Shown here piece by piece: positions 9,454-20,848 of a DNA stretch of 64,000 nt. The stretch lies in assembly GCA_963740355.1 (NCBI GenBank), contig CAVUDW010000003.1:1728001-1792000 (forward strand), written 5' to 3'. The notes under the pieces were generated by a model. The model ran no database searches. It had not been told where the DNA came from and saw only the letters and a program-made list of their open reading frames with translations. How positions within the stretch are numbered: the first letter of the stretch is position 1; every line of letters begins with the position of its first letter. Made by a program: the position numbers and the translations under genes. Source of the DNA: an uncultured Gemmatimonadaceae bacterium. Its GTDB lineage: Bacteria > Gemmatimonadota > Gemmatimonadetes > Gemmatimonadales > Gemmatimonadaceae.

Positions 9454-11187
9454 ATGACACATCGCATCGTCCGATCCGCGCTGCTCGCTGCAATCGCTGC
9501 AACCATTGGCTGTCGCCCGACCAACGGTGCGGCGCCGGAAACAACGCAGGCCATCCCTGCGATCGATCAAGCGCTGATCGACGTCACGGTGCCAAAGCTG
9601 CATCGATTGTACGCCGACAAGCGCTACACCGTGACGCAGGTGATCCAGTGGCATCTGGCCCGTATCGATCGCTACAACGCGGTCTACGGTGCGATCGAAA
9701 CGGTTTTGCGCGATCAGGCACTGGCCGAAGCGGCCAGGCTGGATGCGGCGGGCGGTGAAACGCACGGCCCACTCTGGGGCGTGCCGATCGTGATCAAGGC
9801 CAACACCAGCGTGAAAGGTCAGGTGACGACCGCAGGATGGGACGGCTTCACGCGACCAGGACACGAACTTGTTGCACCTGACGATGCCACGGTTGTGGCT
9901 CGGCTCAAGGCGGCCGGCGCCATCATCGTCGGCATCGCCAACATGCCCGACCTCGCCAACAGCGACACGAACCGCAGCACGTCCTTCGGACGCACCGGCA
10001 ATGCCTACGACGTGCGCTTCTCGCCCGGTGGATCATCCGGTGGCGTCGTCACCGCCATCGCCACCAACATGGCGGTACTTGGCAATGGCACGGACACGGG
10101 TAATTCGATCCGCATGCCAGCCGCCACCAGCGCCCTGGTGGGTGTGTATCCGACGCGCGGTCTGGTGTCGATTGCAGGTATCGCCCCCCTCGACTGGTTG
10201 CTCGACAACACCGGCCCGATCGCCCGTACCGCCGGCGACGCGGCAATCGCCCTCGCGGTGATGGCCGGTGCCGACTCGCTCGATGCAGTCACGCTGCAGG
10301 CGCCAAGCGCCGCACGAGTTGCGTCGTACGACTCGCTGCTCCCGCGCGGCACGCTGAAGGGCAAGCGATTCGGTGTTCCTGCGTTCGTACTGGCGGGTGA
10401 CGGCGTGCCGTTTCACGGCATCCCGTCCACGGCGGCTGCGGCTGCATCCGAAAAGGTGCGCACCGGTGCGAACCTGCCGTTGCGTCCTGAGACACGAGAG
10501 ATGTTCCTGAAGGCCGTTGCGGCGCTGCGTGCGGCAGGCGCAGAGGTGGTGATGACCGACGACATCCTGCCCCAGAGCTTCGCGCGTCTCGCCAGTCACG
10601 TGTCCACCTACGCGTACATGCGCGATGGCACCGACAAGTTCCTCGCGCGCTTTGGCCCCGCCGGCTATCACAGCGCAGCCGAGTACCAGAAGGCGGTTGG
10701 TGCACCGCTCTACACCTCGTCGATTGGCACGGAGGACGGCTTCACAAACATCGGTGGCGTGCACCTCGAGCAACGTGCGCTCGCGAGCGACCCCGAGGCC
10801 GAGCGGCTGTACCATGCCCCGCGCCGCGCCGTGCTGGCCGAGTATGTGGCGACACTCGAGCGGTTGAAGCTGGATGGCTTCGTCTATCCCGCGATCCAGA
10901 TGCCGCCCCCCGACGAAACGATGCCGCAGGATGGCGCGCTCAGTGGCGGACCGCACTCGAACACCAGTTGGGTGAACATGATCGGCGTTCCCGCGATCGT
11001 CGTGCCCGCAGGCTTCTATGCCAGCGGCTTGCCGTTTGGGCTGGAATTCGCAGCGCGCCCCTGGGCCGATGGTGAGTTGCTGGCGGTTGCCAACGCGTGG
11101 GAGCGTATTGGCAGCTGGCGCAAGCCGCCGGTGCTGGTGCCGACAGGATTGCTCACGGTCACACCGGCACGCGCGGCGCGTCACTAA
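9454..11187 (+). CDS. Amidase signature family protein, secreted or lipoprotein
   Basis: GVPIVIK, PGGSSGG, GTDTGNSIRMPA (Ser-cisSer-Lys type). N-terminal signal peptide ending TIGC. Confidence 0.9.
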   Translation: MTHRIVRSALLAAIAATIGCRPTNGAAPETTQAIPAIDQALIDVTVPKLHRLYADKRYTVTQVIQWHLARIDRYNAVYGAIETVLRDQALAEAARLDAAGGETHGPLWGVPIVIKANTSVKGQVTTAGWDGFTRPGHELVAPDDATVVARLKAAGAIIVGIANMPDLANSDTNRSTSFGRTGNAYDVRFSPGGSSGGVVTAIATNMAVLGNGTDTGNSIRMPAATSALVGVYPTRGLVSIAGIAPLDWLLDNTGPIARTAGDAAIALAVMAGADSLDAVTLQAPSAARVASYDSLLPRGTLKGKRFGVPAFVLAGDGVPFHGIPSTAAAAASEKVRTGANLPLRPETREMFLKAVAALRAAGAEVVMTDDILPQSFARLASHVSTYAYMRDGTDKFLARFGPAGYHSAAEYQKAVGAPLYTSSIGTEDGFTNIGGVHLEQRALASDPEAERLYHAPRRAVLAEYVATLERLKLDGFVYPAIQMPPPDETMPQDGALSGGPHSNTSWVNMIGVPAIVVPAGFYASGLPFGLEFAARPWADGELLAVANAWERIGSWRKPPVLVPTGLLTVTPARAARH

Positions 11188-11194
11188 CCGCGGC

Positions 11195-11764
11195 CTACAC
11201 CTCGCCCAGCGCCTCCACGAACAACGGGGTGAGTTCCAACACCAACGGTCTGCTCGCCCCGACCGGCATCCACGTGATCGCTTCCGTCAGAATCTCCGGT
11301 CGTTGCGACTCCGGCATCCATCGCTCAACTAGCCGCGCCTCGAGATCGACGATCCAGTACTCGACGCCGTACTGCTGATACCGCGTGCGCTTCACGCCCT
11401 TGTCGTTCCGTGCCGTGCTCGGTGAGAGGACCTCGACGAACAGCAGCGGGAAGCCGATCTCTGTATCTACGCGGGGCGGACGTCCATCAACGAGTGGCAG
11501 GACAAAGATGTCCGGCTGGACGAGCGTGAAGGCATCCAGCTCCAGGTCGCTCGGTGCCATGATCACAACGCCGACAGGTTCCACTCGAACGTACGCATCC
11601 AGCGCGCGCCAGAGCGCACCAATCATCAGCTGGTGCGGCAGTTTCGGACTCGGGCTCACCAGCAGCTCGCCGTCCACGCATTCGAAACGCTTCCCCCGCT
11701 CTTCTGGGAGCGCGCGCACTTCGTCCGCCGTCCAGCGGCGCTGGGAGACTGCAGGCATGGCCAT
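11195..11764 (-). CDS. Uma2 family (DUF820) PD-(D/E)XK endonuclease-like protein
   Basis: RFECVDGELLVSPSP..HQ, VQPDIFV, VEVLSPST..DKGVKR..Y, EYWIVD. Confidence 0.9.
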   Translation of the reverse strand: MAMPAVSQRRWTADEVRALPEERGKRFECVDGELLVSPSPKLPHQLMIGALWRALDAYVRVEPVGVVIMAPSDLELDAFTLVQPDIFVLPLVDGRPPRVDTEIGFPLLFVEVLSPSTARNDKGVKRTRYQQYGVEYWIVDLEARLVERWMPESQRPEILTEAITWMPVGASRPLVLELTPLFVEALGEV

Positions 11765-11893
11765 AGTGTGTTCTGGAGATGGTGACTCTGGCAAGGGCGC
11801 ATGCCGCATCATGCAGCCCAGGCTCCCCCAGACCGTCACCAAAATCACGCACCATGATCCCGCGAGCTCAGCCGATGCGATAAAATTCCCGCC

Positions 11894-13279
11894 ATGACCA
11901 GCACGAGCGACATCGTCATCTGCGGCGCCGGGATCGCCGGCATCGCCACCGCCCATGCGCTCGCAATGCGCGGCATCACCAACGTCACGCTGATCGATGA
12001 GCGCTCACCGCTCACGCTCACCAGCGACAAGTCCACTGAAGCCTACCGCAACTGGTGGCCGGGTCCTGACGACGCGATGGTGCGTTTCATGAACCGCAGC
12101 ATCGACCTGCTCGAGCAGTGGGCCGACGCCAGCAGTGATCGTTTCCTGCTCAATCGTCGCGGCTACGTCTACGCGACCGCCAATCCCGCCACCGTCGAGC
12201 GGTTCGTGGCCGAAGCGCGCATCGCCGAGCAACAGGGTGCGGGCGACGTGCGCATCTATCGCAACGCCGAGGAAGCACAGGCATACCAGCCAAGTGCGCA
12301 TGTCGGCTTTCGCGAACACCCCACGGGCGCCGACGTCTTCCTCGATGCGCAGGCGATTCGCACGCACTTCCCGTGGCTCGCCGCAGACATCGTTGCCGTC
12401 GTGCATGCGCGTCGGTGCGGCTGGATGAGCGGCCAGCAGTTGGGCATGTACCTGTTCGATGAAGCGCGGGCGGCCGGTGTCACCTTCCTGTCGGGCCGCG
12501 TCGCAGGCGTGGAGACCGCGGGAGGTCGCATCCGCAGTGTTTCCGTCGCATGTAGTGATGGCACTCAGCAGCAGATCTCGACGCCAGTCTTCATCAACTG
12601 CGCCGGCCCATTCGCGAAGGAAGTGTCGCGACTCATTGATATCGAGTTGCCACTTTTTTCGGAGATGCACCTCAAGGTCGCGTTCGAGGACACGTTGGGC
12701 GTCGTCGACCGCAATACTGGCCTCGTGATCCTTGACGATGCGCAGACGCTCGCCTGGTCCGATGACGAACGCGCTGAACTGGCCTCGAGCGATGAAACAC
12801 GCTGGCTCACCGAGCCCATGCCCGCCGGGATCCACCTTCGCCCCGAAGGGTATCGGCAGAATCAGACGGTGCTGATGCTCTGGGACTATCACAGCACGCA
12901 CCGCTACGATGCCGCCGAACTGCCACTGCCGGACGATCCGTTCTATCCCGAGGTCGTGATGCGCGGCATGGTGCGCCTCGCACCGGCGCTCGAGCAATAT
13001 CTGGATCGACTGCCGCCGGTGTACGTCGATGGCGGCTATTACACGAAGACGGCGGAGAACCGGCCGCTGATCGGGCCACTGGCCGTCGAAGGCGCGTATA
13101 TCAACGCCGCCCTATCCGGATACGGCCTGATGGCTGCCCCGTCCGCCGGTGAACTGATCGCGGCCCACATCACAGGCGGCACGCTGCCCTCGTATGCTGC
13201 GTCGTTCCGCCTCGACCGCTACGAGGATCCAGGCTATCAGGCCCTCCTCGCCAACTGGGGCTCGACAGGGCAGTTGTAG
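11894..13279 (+). CDS. FAD-dependent oxidoreductase (DadA/sarcosine oxidase-like)
   Basis: ICGAGIAG dinucleotide fold, INCAGP, GYYTKTAENRPLIGP, SGYGLMAAP. Confidence 0.85.
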   Translation: MTSTSDIVICGAGIAGIATAHALAMRGITNVTLIDERSPLTLTSDKSTEAYRNWWPGPDDAMVRFMNRSIDLLEQWADASSDRFLLNRRGYVYATANPATVERFVAEARIAEQQGAGDVRIYRNAEEAQAYQPSAHVGFREHPTGADVFLDAQAIRTHFPWLAADIVAVVHARRCGWMSGQQLGMYLFDEARAAGVTFLSGRVAGVETAGGRIRSVSVACSDGTQQQISTPVFINCAGPFAKEVSRLIDIELPLFSEMHLKVAFEDTLGVVDRNTGLVILDDAQTLAWSDDERAELASSDETRWLTEPMPAGIHLRPEGYRQNQTVLMLWDYHSTHRYDAAELPLPDDPFYPEVVMRGMVRLAPALEQYLDRLPPVYVDGGYYTKTAENRPLIGPLAVEGAYINAALSGYGLMAAPSAGELIAAHITGGTLPSYAASFRLDRYEDPGYQALLANWGSTGQL

Positions 13280-13345
13280 GACGAGCAAAGCCGCGCCCTG
13301 GCGCGTAAACTGAGGAATACCTGCATTCCTTCAGCGCTGACTGCC

Positions 13346-16300
13346 ATGTCCCTGTTCCGCCTTCTTGCTCGCGCCGCCGTTCTCGGCGCCACGCTGGCCT
13401 CATCACTCGCGGTGCCAGTCGCGGCGCAGAACGCCGGAGGCATCGACCCTCGTGCCGCGCAGAGCCTGCGATTCCGCAACATCGGTCCCTTCCGCGGCGG
13501 TCGCGTCACGACGGTGACCGGCGTGCCACAACGGAAGCGCGAGTTCTGGATGGGCGCGACCGGTGGCGGTGTCTGGAAAACCACCGACGCGGGCAGTAGC
13601 TGGATCAACATGTCGGATGGTTTCTTCTCCACCGGCTCGATCGGTGCCATTCGTGTCGCGCCGTCCAATCCGGACGTCGTTTGGGTCGGCACCGGTTCCG
13701 ATGGTATCCGCTCGAATGTGATCGTCGGACGCGGCGTCTATCGCTCCGATGATGCCGGCAAGAACTGGAAATTCCTCGGCCTTCGCGACGTCGGACAGAT
13801 CGGCGCCATCGTCGTCAATCCGACCAATCCCGACATCGCGTTCGTCGCGGCGCAGGGGTTGCCCTTCAGCAATTCGAAGGAGCGTGGGGTCTACCGCACG
13901 ACGAATGGCGGCCAGTCGTGGGAGAAGGTGTTGTTCGTCAACGACTCCACCGGCATCACCGACCTCAGTGCGAAGCCGGACGATCCGAACACGCTCTATG
14001 CCGCGGCCTGGCGTGGAGTGCGTCGTCCGTGGGCCATCATCTCCGGCAGCAAGGATGACGGCGGCATCTATCGCTCCACCGATGGCGGCACCACCTGGAC
14101 CAAGCTCGGTGGCGGCCTGCCGACAGGAATCATCGGCAAGTCGAACATCGCCGTCTCGCCTGCGTCGCCCCGTCGAGTGTATGTGTTGATGGAAGCCGAG
14201 AAGCCGAAGGCCGGTGTGTACCGCTCGGACGATGCGGGTGACACATGGACGCAGGTGTCCACCATGAACGCGCTGCTGCTGCGCCCGTTCTACTACACCA
14301 ACATCGACGCCGACCCCACCAACGCCGACAACGTCTGGGTCCAGAACGAAACGATGTGGAAGAGCACCGATGGCGCGAAGACGTTCGCCGCCGTCGAGAC
14401 ACCGCACGGCGACAATCACGATATCTGGATCAACCCCACGGATCCCGACATCATGGTGCAGTCCAACGATGGCGGCGCCAACGTCTCCCTCGACGGCGGC
14501 AAGACCTGGAGCACGCAGTACAACCAGAGCACCTCGGAGATCTACCAGGTCTTCCTCGACAATCACTACCCGTACCGGGTGTACGGCGCACAGCAGGACA
14601 ACACCACCGTCATCGTGCCATCGTTGCCGCTCTTCAGCACGCGCCCCGATCAGCCGGCGCAGTACTGGATGACTGGCCCCGGCTGTGAGACGGGTCCGAT
14701 CGTGCCCAGCCCGTGGAACAAGGATGTCGTGTACGGCTCGTGTAAGGGGCAGTTCTCGCGACTGCACCTCGTCACGGGCCAGGAGCAGAACTCGTGGGTC
14801 GGCGCGCAGTCGCTCTACGGCAACGATCCGAAGGACCTGATCTATCGCTTCCAGCGCGTCTCGCCGATGGATGTGTCGCCCAACGTGCGCGGCACGGTCT
14901 ACTACGGTTCACAGTTCCTGCACCGGTCGCGTGATGACGGTGTCACGTGGGAGCGCATCTCCCCCGACCTCACCGCCAACACGCCAGAAACACAGGGCGT
15001 CAGCGGTGGCCCGATCACACGCGATGTCACCGGCGAGGAGTTCTACTCCACGCTCTACGCCATCAAGGAATCGCCGATCGAACCCGGCGTGATCTGGACT
15101 GGCTCCAACGACGGCCCGGTGTTCGTCACGCGCAACAACGGCACGTCGTGGACGAAGGTCACGCCGCCCGATCTCCCGCCCGGCGGCCGCGTGCAGAACA
15201 TCGATGTCTCGCGTCACCGCAAGGGCACCGCGTACATCGCCGTGCTACCGCTACCTGCTCGGCGATTTCAAGCCGTACGCCTATCGCACCACCGACTACG
15301 GCAAGACCTGGACGCGCCTCACGACCGGCACCAACGGCGTGCCCGACGACACGCCGACACGTGTCTTGCGCGAAGATCCCGACCGTCAGGGCCTGCTCTA
15401 CCTCGGCACCGAGTTCGGCTTCTACCTCAGCGCCAACGATGGCGCGTCGTGGATGCAGATGCAGCGCAACCTGCCCGTCGTCCCGATCACCGACATCCAG
15501 GTGCAGCGTCGCGACCTCGTGATGTCGACGATGGGTCGCGGCTTCTGGATTCTCGACGACCTGACACCACTGGTGCAGTATGCGGACGCCAATGCAGGCA
15601 AGCGCGCCGTGTTGCACGCACCGCGCCCGGCGATCCGCTGGCGTTACCAGGGTTCACCCGCGTCGCCGACGACACCTGAATACCCATCGGCAGGCGCGAC
15701 CATCGACTACTGGCTCGGCAGCAAGCCGAACGCCGCGCCAGTGCTGGAGATTCGCTCCGCGACCGGTGCCTTGGTGCGCACCTTCACCACGGCCGGCGCC
15801 GCACCGCGCACGACATCGGAACAGGGCATGCGCGCCCCACGTCGTGGGTCGACCGCTGGCACCGCGATTGGTGATGCCGTCGGCGAGAACCGCTTCACCT
15901 GGAACCTGATGCATGCCACGACGCCTGGCGGCCCCGGACCGATGGTCGCACCGGGCCGGTACACGGTGCGACTGATCGTGGACGGCGACACCGTCACGCA
16001 GCCGCTGGTGGTGCAGGCGGATCCACGAGTGCGTGTGGATGGCATCACGGATGAGGTGCTGGTGCTGCAGGAGCGCCACGAATTGGCGGTACGCGCGGCG
16101 ATCGAGGAAGCGCGCAAGGTGCTGGTTCGGGCGCGCGACGTTCGCACCCAGATGCAGTCGCGTGGCGCGCCGATGCTGCGCGAGTCGGAAGACATCGTTC
16201 GTGCGCTGGAAACCGCCGAAGGCCGTTACCAGCGTCCGATGCTCGTCGCGCAGCTCGAATATCTCTACAACATGACGCTGGGTGCGGATCAACGTGTGCC

Positions 16301-16403
16301 GCGTGACGCGTCCGCACGCCTGGTGACACTGAAGGCCGAACTGGCCGCCATCACACGCCGCCTCGAGGCCCTCAACCGCATGACGACAGCGCTCATTCCC
16401 TGA
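13346..16403 (+). pseudogene. Secreted BNR/Asp-box (VPS10/sortilin-like) glycosyl hydrolase; one +1 frameshift at ~15245 (probably an artefact)
   Basis: Signal peptide, FRNIGPFRGGRV and many S/T-x-D-x-G-x-T/S-W Asp boxes. ORFs 13346-15679 and 15204-16403 join at AYIAV|YRYLLGD. Confidence 0.85.
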
Positions 16404-16421
16404 TGACGTAGCCAACACGAG

Positions 16422-16468
16422 AAACGCCGGGGCTCACATGTTCAGTGTGAGCCCCGGCGTTTTCTTTT
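16422..16468. terminator. Intrinsic terminator between convergent genes
   Basis: 17-bp perfect stem AAACGCCGGGGCTCACA / TGTGAGCCCCGGCGTTT followed by a T-rich tail. Confidence 0.85.
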
Positions 16469-16478
16469 CCACCAATCG

Positions 16479-17528
16479 TTACTGATACTGGATATAGAGC
16501 GGCTTGGGCCAGAGACGCAACACTTCACCCGGCACCATCATCTTCGAGCGACCGCGCACATCGTTCTTGTAGAACAGCTTGAAGCCCGTGAACTGGACCG
16601 GCTCCGACTGGATGTACGAGCGGTAGCTGGAGATCTTCACCGGCGGAATGCCCCACCCGTCCATGTGCATCACCACCTGCACATTCGGGTCGAAGCGAAT
16701 GTTGCGGTAGTTGGTCACCATCGGCCGCGTGTAGCGATGCACGACGAGGATCTTTGGCGCCAGGTTCTTGCGCTTCACAAGGTCGGCCAGCTGATCCTGT
16801 ACCCAGTTGATGTCGCGCGCATCGTACGTCCCGACGCGACGGCCGGGGTTGGAGCCATCCTTCATCGAAAATTCGGGATCGATGCCGAGGTGGACGTTCG
16901 GGCGCTCCAGCCACTTCATGAGCGGCGGCAGTTCCTGCTGTATGGTGCTCTTCGCGACCTGGATGTCGAGGAAGACGATGGCGTTACGCGTGTCGGCCCA
17001 GCGGATGACCTTTGCGATCAGCGAGTCACCCATCCGCGCGCGCCACTTGTTGTCGGAGCCGGCGGATCCCTGCGCCACGGTCGCGATCAGGTGCAATGCT
17101 GGCAACACCGGCGTGGACGGATCGGCAGCGCGCCACGCTGCAACCTCGCGGTCGAGACGCTGCAGCATCTCTTCCGGCTGGTATTCGCCCAGCACACCCA
17201 TCCGGCGCGACAGCGGATTGCCATAGAACGCGATGATCCGATGCCCCGGCAGCAGTGCGCCCGCATTGTAGGCTGGCGTGCGCACCGGCCAGCGCGAGTC
17301 TCCGATCGAGTCGCGATCGAGCGATGCGATGGCCGCGCTGTCTGACGGGATGCGTCCGCGCATCACTGGCGGACGTGCCGGCTTGCGCTTCGGTGTCGTG
17401 TCCTGACTCGCCTGCGCCGACGGCGCCGACTGGGCCGCTGTGGTACGCTTCTTCGTCCGCGTCGGCTGCTGCGCGATGACGAGCGCTGGCGGGAGAAGGA
17501 GGCCAATCACCAACGCGCATCGGCGCAC
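16479..17528 (-). CDS. Conserved secreted hypothetical protein (possible glycoside-hydrolase-like barrel)
   Basis: Signal-like N-terminus. Conserved-looking blocks IAFYGNPLSRRMGVLGE, FLDIQV, HLGIDPEF, MDGWG, GFKLFYKND. Start uncertain. Confidence 0.7.
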   Translation of the reverse strand: MRRCALVIGLLLPPALVIAQQPTRTKKRTTAAQSAPSAQASQDTTPKRKPARPPVMRGRIPSDSAAIASLDRDSIGDSRWPVRTPAYNAGALLPGHRIIAFYGNPLSRRMGVLGEYQPEEMLQRLDREVAAWRAADPSTPVLPALHLIATVAQGSAGSDNKWRARMGDSLIAKVIRWADTRNAIVFLDIQVAKSTIQQELPPLMKWLERPNVHLGIDPEFSMKDGSNPGRRVGTYDARDINWVQDQLADLVKRKNLAPKILVVHRYTRPMVTNYRNIRFDPNVQVVMHMDGWGIPPVKISSYRSYIQSEPVQFTGFKLFYKNDVRGRSKMMVPGEVLRLWPKPLYIQYQ

Positions 17529-17657
17529 GTCGGCAGTCTTGATCGGGGGCAGGCGCAAGGTCACAGTCAGCGAAGGTGGGGTGGAATCACCCAGCAAGGG
17601 TAAACCCCTTCGCTCCCCCGCTCCAGCCATCATCACACCGGCTGGCGGAAACCGACG

Positions 17658-18059
17658 CTAGACCAGCCCCGCCGCCTCAGGTCCGCGCGCCGGCGGACCT
17701 GCCAACACCATCTCGATCGACTCTTCGTCGGTAAAGAGTCGAGAACGCGTGAGAAACCGCACTCCTTCCGGCGCCTCCAGCGAAAACCCTGCACCACGCC
17801 CCGGCACCACGTCGATGGTGAGCCGGGTGTGCTGCCAATACTCGAACTGCGCCGCACCGATGTACACCGGCGTGTCGCCATGAATGATCCCCAGCAACAC
17901 ATCGCGCGCGCCGATCTTGAACTCGCCCCGCTGATAACACATCGGCGCGCTCCCATCACAACACCCACCCGACTGGTGAAACAGCACCGGCCCGTGCTGC
18001 GCCACCAGCCTGTCGATCATCGCCGCCGCTTCCGGCGTGTTGTCCACTCGTTCCGCCAT
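17658..18059 (-). CDS. DUF779 family protein
   Basis: HGPVLFHQSGGCCDGSAPMCY and DVVPGRGAGFSLE. Usual position downstream of an aldehyde dehydrogenase. Confidence 0.9.
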   Translation of the reverse strand: MAERVDNTPEAAAMIDRLVAQHGPVLFHQSGGCCDGSAPMCYQRGEFKIGARDVLLGIIHGDTPVYIGAAQFEYWQHTRLTIDVVPGRGAGFSLEAPEGVRFLTRSRLFTDEESIEMVLAGPPARGPEAAGLV

Positions 18060-18112
18060 GTGTCGCTACCTGCTCAGGGTCTGCTTGCAAGGTTCAGATC
18101 ATCGGATAGCAA

Positions 18113-18247
18113 ACAGCGAATCGCAGAGACGCAGAGAACTGCAACAACTGAACTGCCTTGACGCAGAACTGAGAACTGCGATAAGGCAGTTGCAGTCGCC
18201 GTTGCAGTTTCTGTTCTCTGCGCCCCTGCGCCTCCGCGATCCGCTGT
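18113..18247. repeat. Palindromic element of the same family as 1352-2030
   Basis: Imperfect outer IR ACAGCGAATCGCAGAGACGCAGAGAAC / GTTCTCTGCGCCCCTGCGCCTCCGCGATCCGCTGT and inner IR AACTGCCTT / AAGGCAGTT. 18130-18189 closely resembles 1451-1509. Confidence 0.85.
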
Positions 18248-18260
18248 CACGCAATCGATC

Positions 18261-19814
18261 TCAGAAGAACCCGAGCGCGTTCGGGCTGTAGCTCACCAGC
18301 ATGTTCTTCGTCTGCTGGTAGTGATTCAGCATCTTGAGATGGTTTTCGCGACCGATGCCGCTCTGCTTGTAGCCGCCGAAGGCTGCGTGCGCCGGATAGG
18401 CGTGATAGCAGTTCGTCCAGACGCGACCGGCCTGGATGTGACGACCGAAGCGGTAGGCACGGTTGATGTCGCGCGTCCAGACACCAGCGCCCAGTCCGTA
18501 CAGCGTGTCGTTCGCGATGTGCAGCGCCTCGTCCTCGTTCTTGAACTTCGTCACCGACACCACCGGGCCGAAGATCTCTTCCTGGAAGACGCGCATGCTG
18601 TTGTTGCCTTCGAAGATCGTCGGCTTCACGTAATACCCCTGCGCCAGCTCGCCGTCCTGCATGAAGCGCTCACCGCCGATGCGGACCTTGGCGCCCTCGG
18701 CACGACCGATGTCGAAGTAGCTGAGGATCTTCTCCAACTGGTCGTTCGAAGCCTGCGCACCCACCTGCGTGCTCGGATCGAGCGGATGGCCCAGCTTGAA
18801 GGCAGCCACACGTGCCGTGGCCCGCTCCATGAACGCATCGTAGATCGACTCTTCGACCAGAGCGCGCGACGGGCAGGTGCAGACTTCGCCCTGGTTCAAC
18901 GCGAACATGCCGAACCCTTCCAGCGCCTTGTCGAAGAACGCATCGTCCTTGTCCATCACGTCGGCGAAGAAGATGTTCGGGCTCTTGCCTCCCAACTCCA
19001 GCGTCACCGGGATCAGGTTCTCCGACGCGTACTGCATGATCAGGCGGCCGGTGGTCGTCTCACCAGTAAAGGCGATCTTGGCGATGCGGTTGCTGCTCGC
19101 CAGTGGCTTGCCGGCCTCGATACCGAAGCCCTGCACGATGTTCACCACACCCGGCGGCAACAGGTCGGCCACCAGCTCCATGAACGCCATGATGCTCACC
19201 GGCGTCTGCTCGGCTGGCTTCATCACCACGCAGTTACCTGCGGCCAGCGCCGGCGCCAGCTTCCACGTCGCCATCAGCAGCGGGAAGTTCCACGGAATGA
19301 TCTGTCCAACGACGCCAAGTGGCTCGTTGAAGTGGTACGCCACCGTGTCGTTGTCGAGCTGCGACAGGCTGCCTTCCTGCGCACGAATGCACCCCGCGAA
19401 GTAGCGGAAGTGGTCGATCACCAGCGGCAGGTCGGCCGCCATCGTCTCGCGAATCGGCTTGCCGTTGTCGATCGTCTCGATCACGGCGATCGCCTCGAGA
19501 TTCGCTTCCACTCGATCCGCGATCTTGTTGAGGATGTTCGCCCGCTCGGCGGCCGATGTCTTTCCCCACGTCTTGAAGGCCGCATGCGCCGCGTCGAGTG
19601 CCTTCTCGACATCCTCCGCCGTACCACGTGCGACGTCACACAGGTGCTGCCCCGTGACCGGACTCGGATTCGAGAAATACTGCCCCTTCACCGGTGGCGA
19701 CATCGCGCCGTTGATCCAGTTCTCGTATCGCGACCGGATCGGAATCGTCATCCGCATCCGATTTGCTGCGCTGGGGACGGTGGCAATGCCGTCCTGCTCG
19801 AGCGTTGCTGACAT
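18261..19814 (-). CDS. aldB: NAD-dependent aldehyde dehydrogenase (AldB/ExaC/AcoD type)
   Basis: [65 protein letters not shown]. Confidence 0.93.
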   Translation of the reverse strand: MSATLEQDGIATVPSAANRMRMTIPIRSRYENWINGAMSPPVKGQYFSNPSPVTGQHLCDVARGTAEDVEKALDAAHAAFKTWGKTSAAERANILNKIADRVEANLEAIAVIETIDNGKPIRETMAADLPLVIDHFRYFAGCIRAQEGSLSQLDNDTVAYHFNEPLGVVGQIIPWNFPLLMATWKLAPALAAGNCVVMKPAEQTPVSIMAFMELVADLLPPGVVNIVQGFGIEAGKPLASSNRIAKIAFTGETTTGRLIMQYASENLIPVTLELGGKSPNIFFADVMDKDDAFFDKALEGFGMFALNQGEVCTCPSRALVEESIYDAFMERATARVAAFKLGHPLDPSTQVGAQASNDQLEKILSYFDIGRAEGAKVRIGGERFMQDGELAQGYYVKPTIFEGNNSMRVFQEEIFGPVVSVTKFKNEDEALHIANDTLYGLGAGVWTRDINRAYRFGRHIQAGRVWTNCYHAYPAHAAFGGYKQSGIGRENHLKMLNHYQQTKNMLVSYSPNALGFF

Positions 19815-20078
19815 GCTCTGCTCCTGCTGCGTGACTGTCGCACCGCCACGTCCGCGGTGCTGGATTCTGCTCACCGGTGAGCAGCCGTACGCCGGTTACG
19901 CTACACGCGGGACCAGCGCCCGCTAGGAAGCACCGGGGACAGACAAATGTTCCTGTCTCGTTGGCGACGGCGTTGACATGTCAGCGCATTCCGGCATACG
20001 GCGCGCAACACGATCACCTCCGAACAGTCTCAGCAAGCAGGAAATGGCAAGAACTTGCTATCTGTCGGCGGAATTCAG

Positions 20079-20837
20079 CTACGACTCGGCACGTAAAAGC
20101 TCCAACCATGTTGCGCGGAGACCAGACGCGCCGGCCGCGCTCGGCTCGTGCGGATTGCGGCGCCAGAACCAGCGGTCGACTTCCGGCGAGGTCAGTCCGT
20201 GCCCGAGAAATGCCGCATGCACCTCTGCCACCAACGTGCCCGGCATCGCTGTCGCGCGCTGCCGAAGCTGCGTGTTGAAGTGAAGAAGCGCTCCCGCTGG
20301 CACCGCTTCGCCATCACGTTCGTCCGGAAACACACCTAGCCCATCCGTGGGATCCGGCAGCGTGTTGAGCACCAGAGTCAGGTCGGAAAACTTGGTGTGC
20401 AACACTTCACCCAGCGCGATCACGCCGGTGACGGCGTCGCGCACGATGGTTTCCATCCGAGCCGGCGCCGGTCGCGTTGCAACCGCGCTCAACAAGTCGA
20501 TCGCGCCCGCAGTGAGCGTGATCAGGGTCGGCAGGTCACTCGGCTCGAGCGACATCAGCTGCTCGTCGAAAATGTCGCCGATGTTCGCGCCATCACTCGC
20601 CAGTCGCAGCACCTCCTCACAGCCCGTCAACGTCGCGAGATCATCGCCAATGAAGTCGGGCCATCGCTCGTCGTCGTTGCGGAACAGCAGCGAACCGGCG
20701 CCGACCGGCGGCACCTCGCCACTTCGCGCATCGCGCTCGAGCGCCACACTCACGTCCGTCACCTTCAGGTCGAGCGCCGGTGTCAGGTCCGCTGACAAGC
20801 CATCACCCATCGCGATATAGCGCGCAAAGGCCCGCAT
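20079..20837 (-). CDS. SGNH/GDSL hydrolase-like protein with degenerate catalytic motifs
   Basis: YIAMGDGLS (block I), LASDGA (block II), ITLTAGAIDLL (block III), HEPSAAG (block V). Confidence 0.65.
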   Translation of the reverse strand: MRAFARYIAMGDGLSADLTPALDLKVTDVSVALERDARSGEVPPVGAGSLLFRNDDERWPDFIGDDLATLTGCEEVLRLASDGANIGDIFDEQLMSLEPSDLPTLITLTAGAIDLLSAVATRPAPARMETIVRDAVTGVIALGEVLHTKFSDLTLVLNTLPDPTDGLGVFPDERDGEAVPAGALLHFNTQLRQRATAMPGTLVAEVHAAFLGHGLTSPEVDRWFWRRNPHEPSAAGASGLRATWLELLRAES

Positions 20838-20848
20838 CGTCCGCTCGC

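Noticed and set aside
11195..11764. Uma2 nuclease as part of a defence or restriction-modification system
   Set aside because: It is a solo gene with no methylase or defence neighbours, and the family is commonly scattered.
19900..19985. Sigma-54 promoter and AcoR-like sites upstream of aldB
   Set aside because: The best candidate has GG-N11-GC spacing and the GACAG/CTGTC palindromes are short, so support is too weak.
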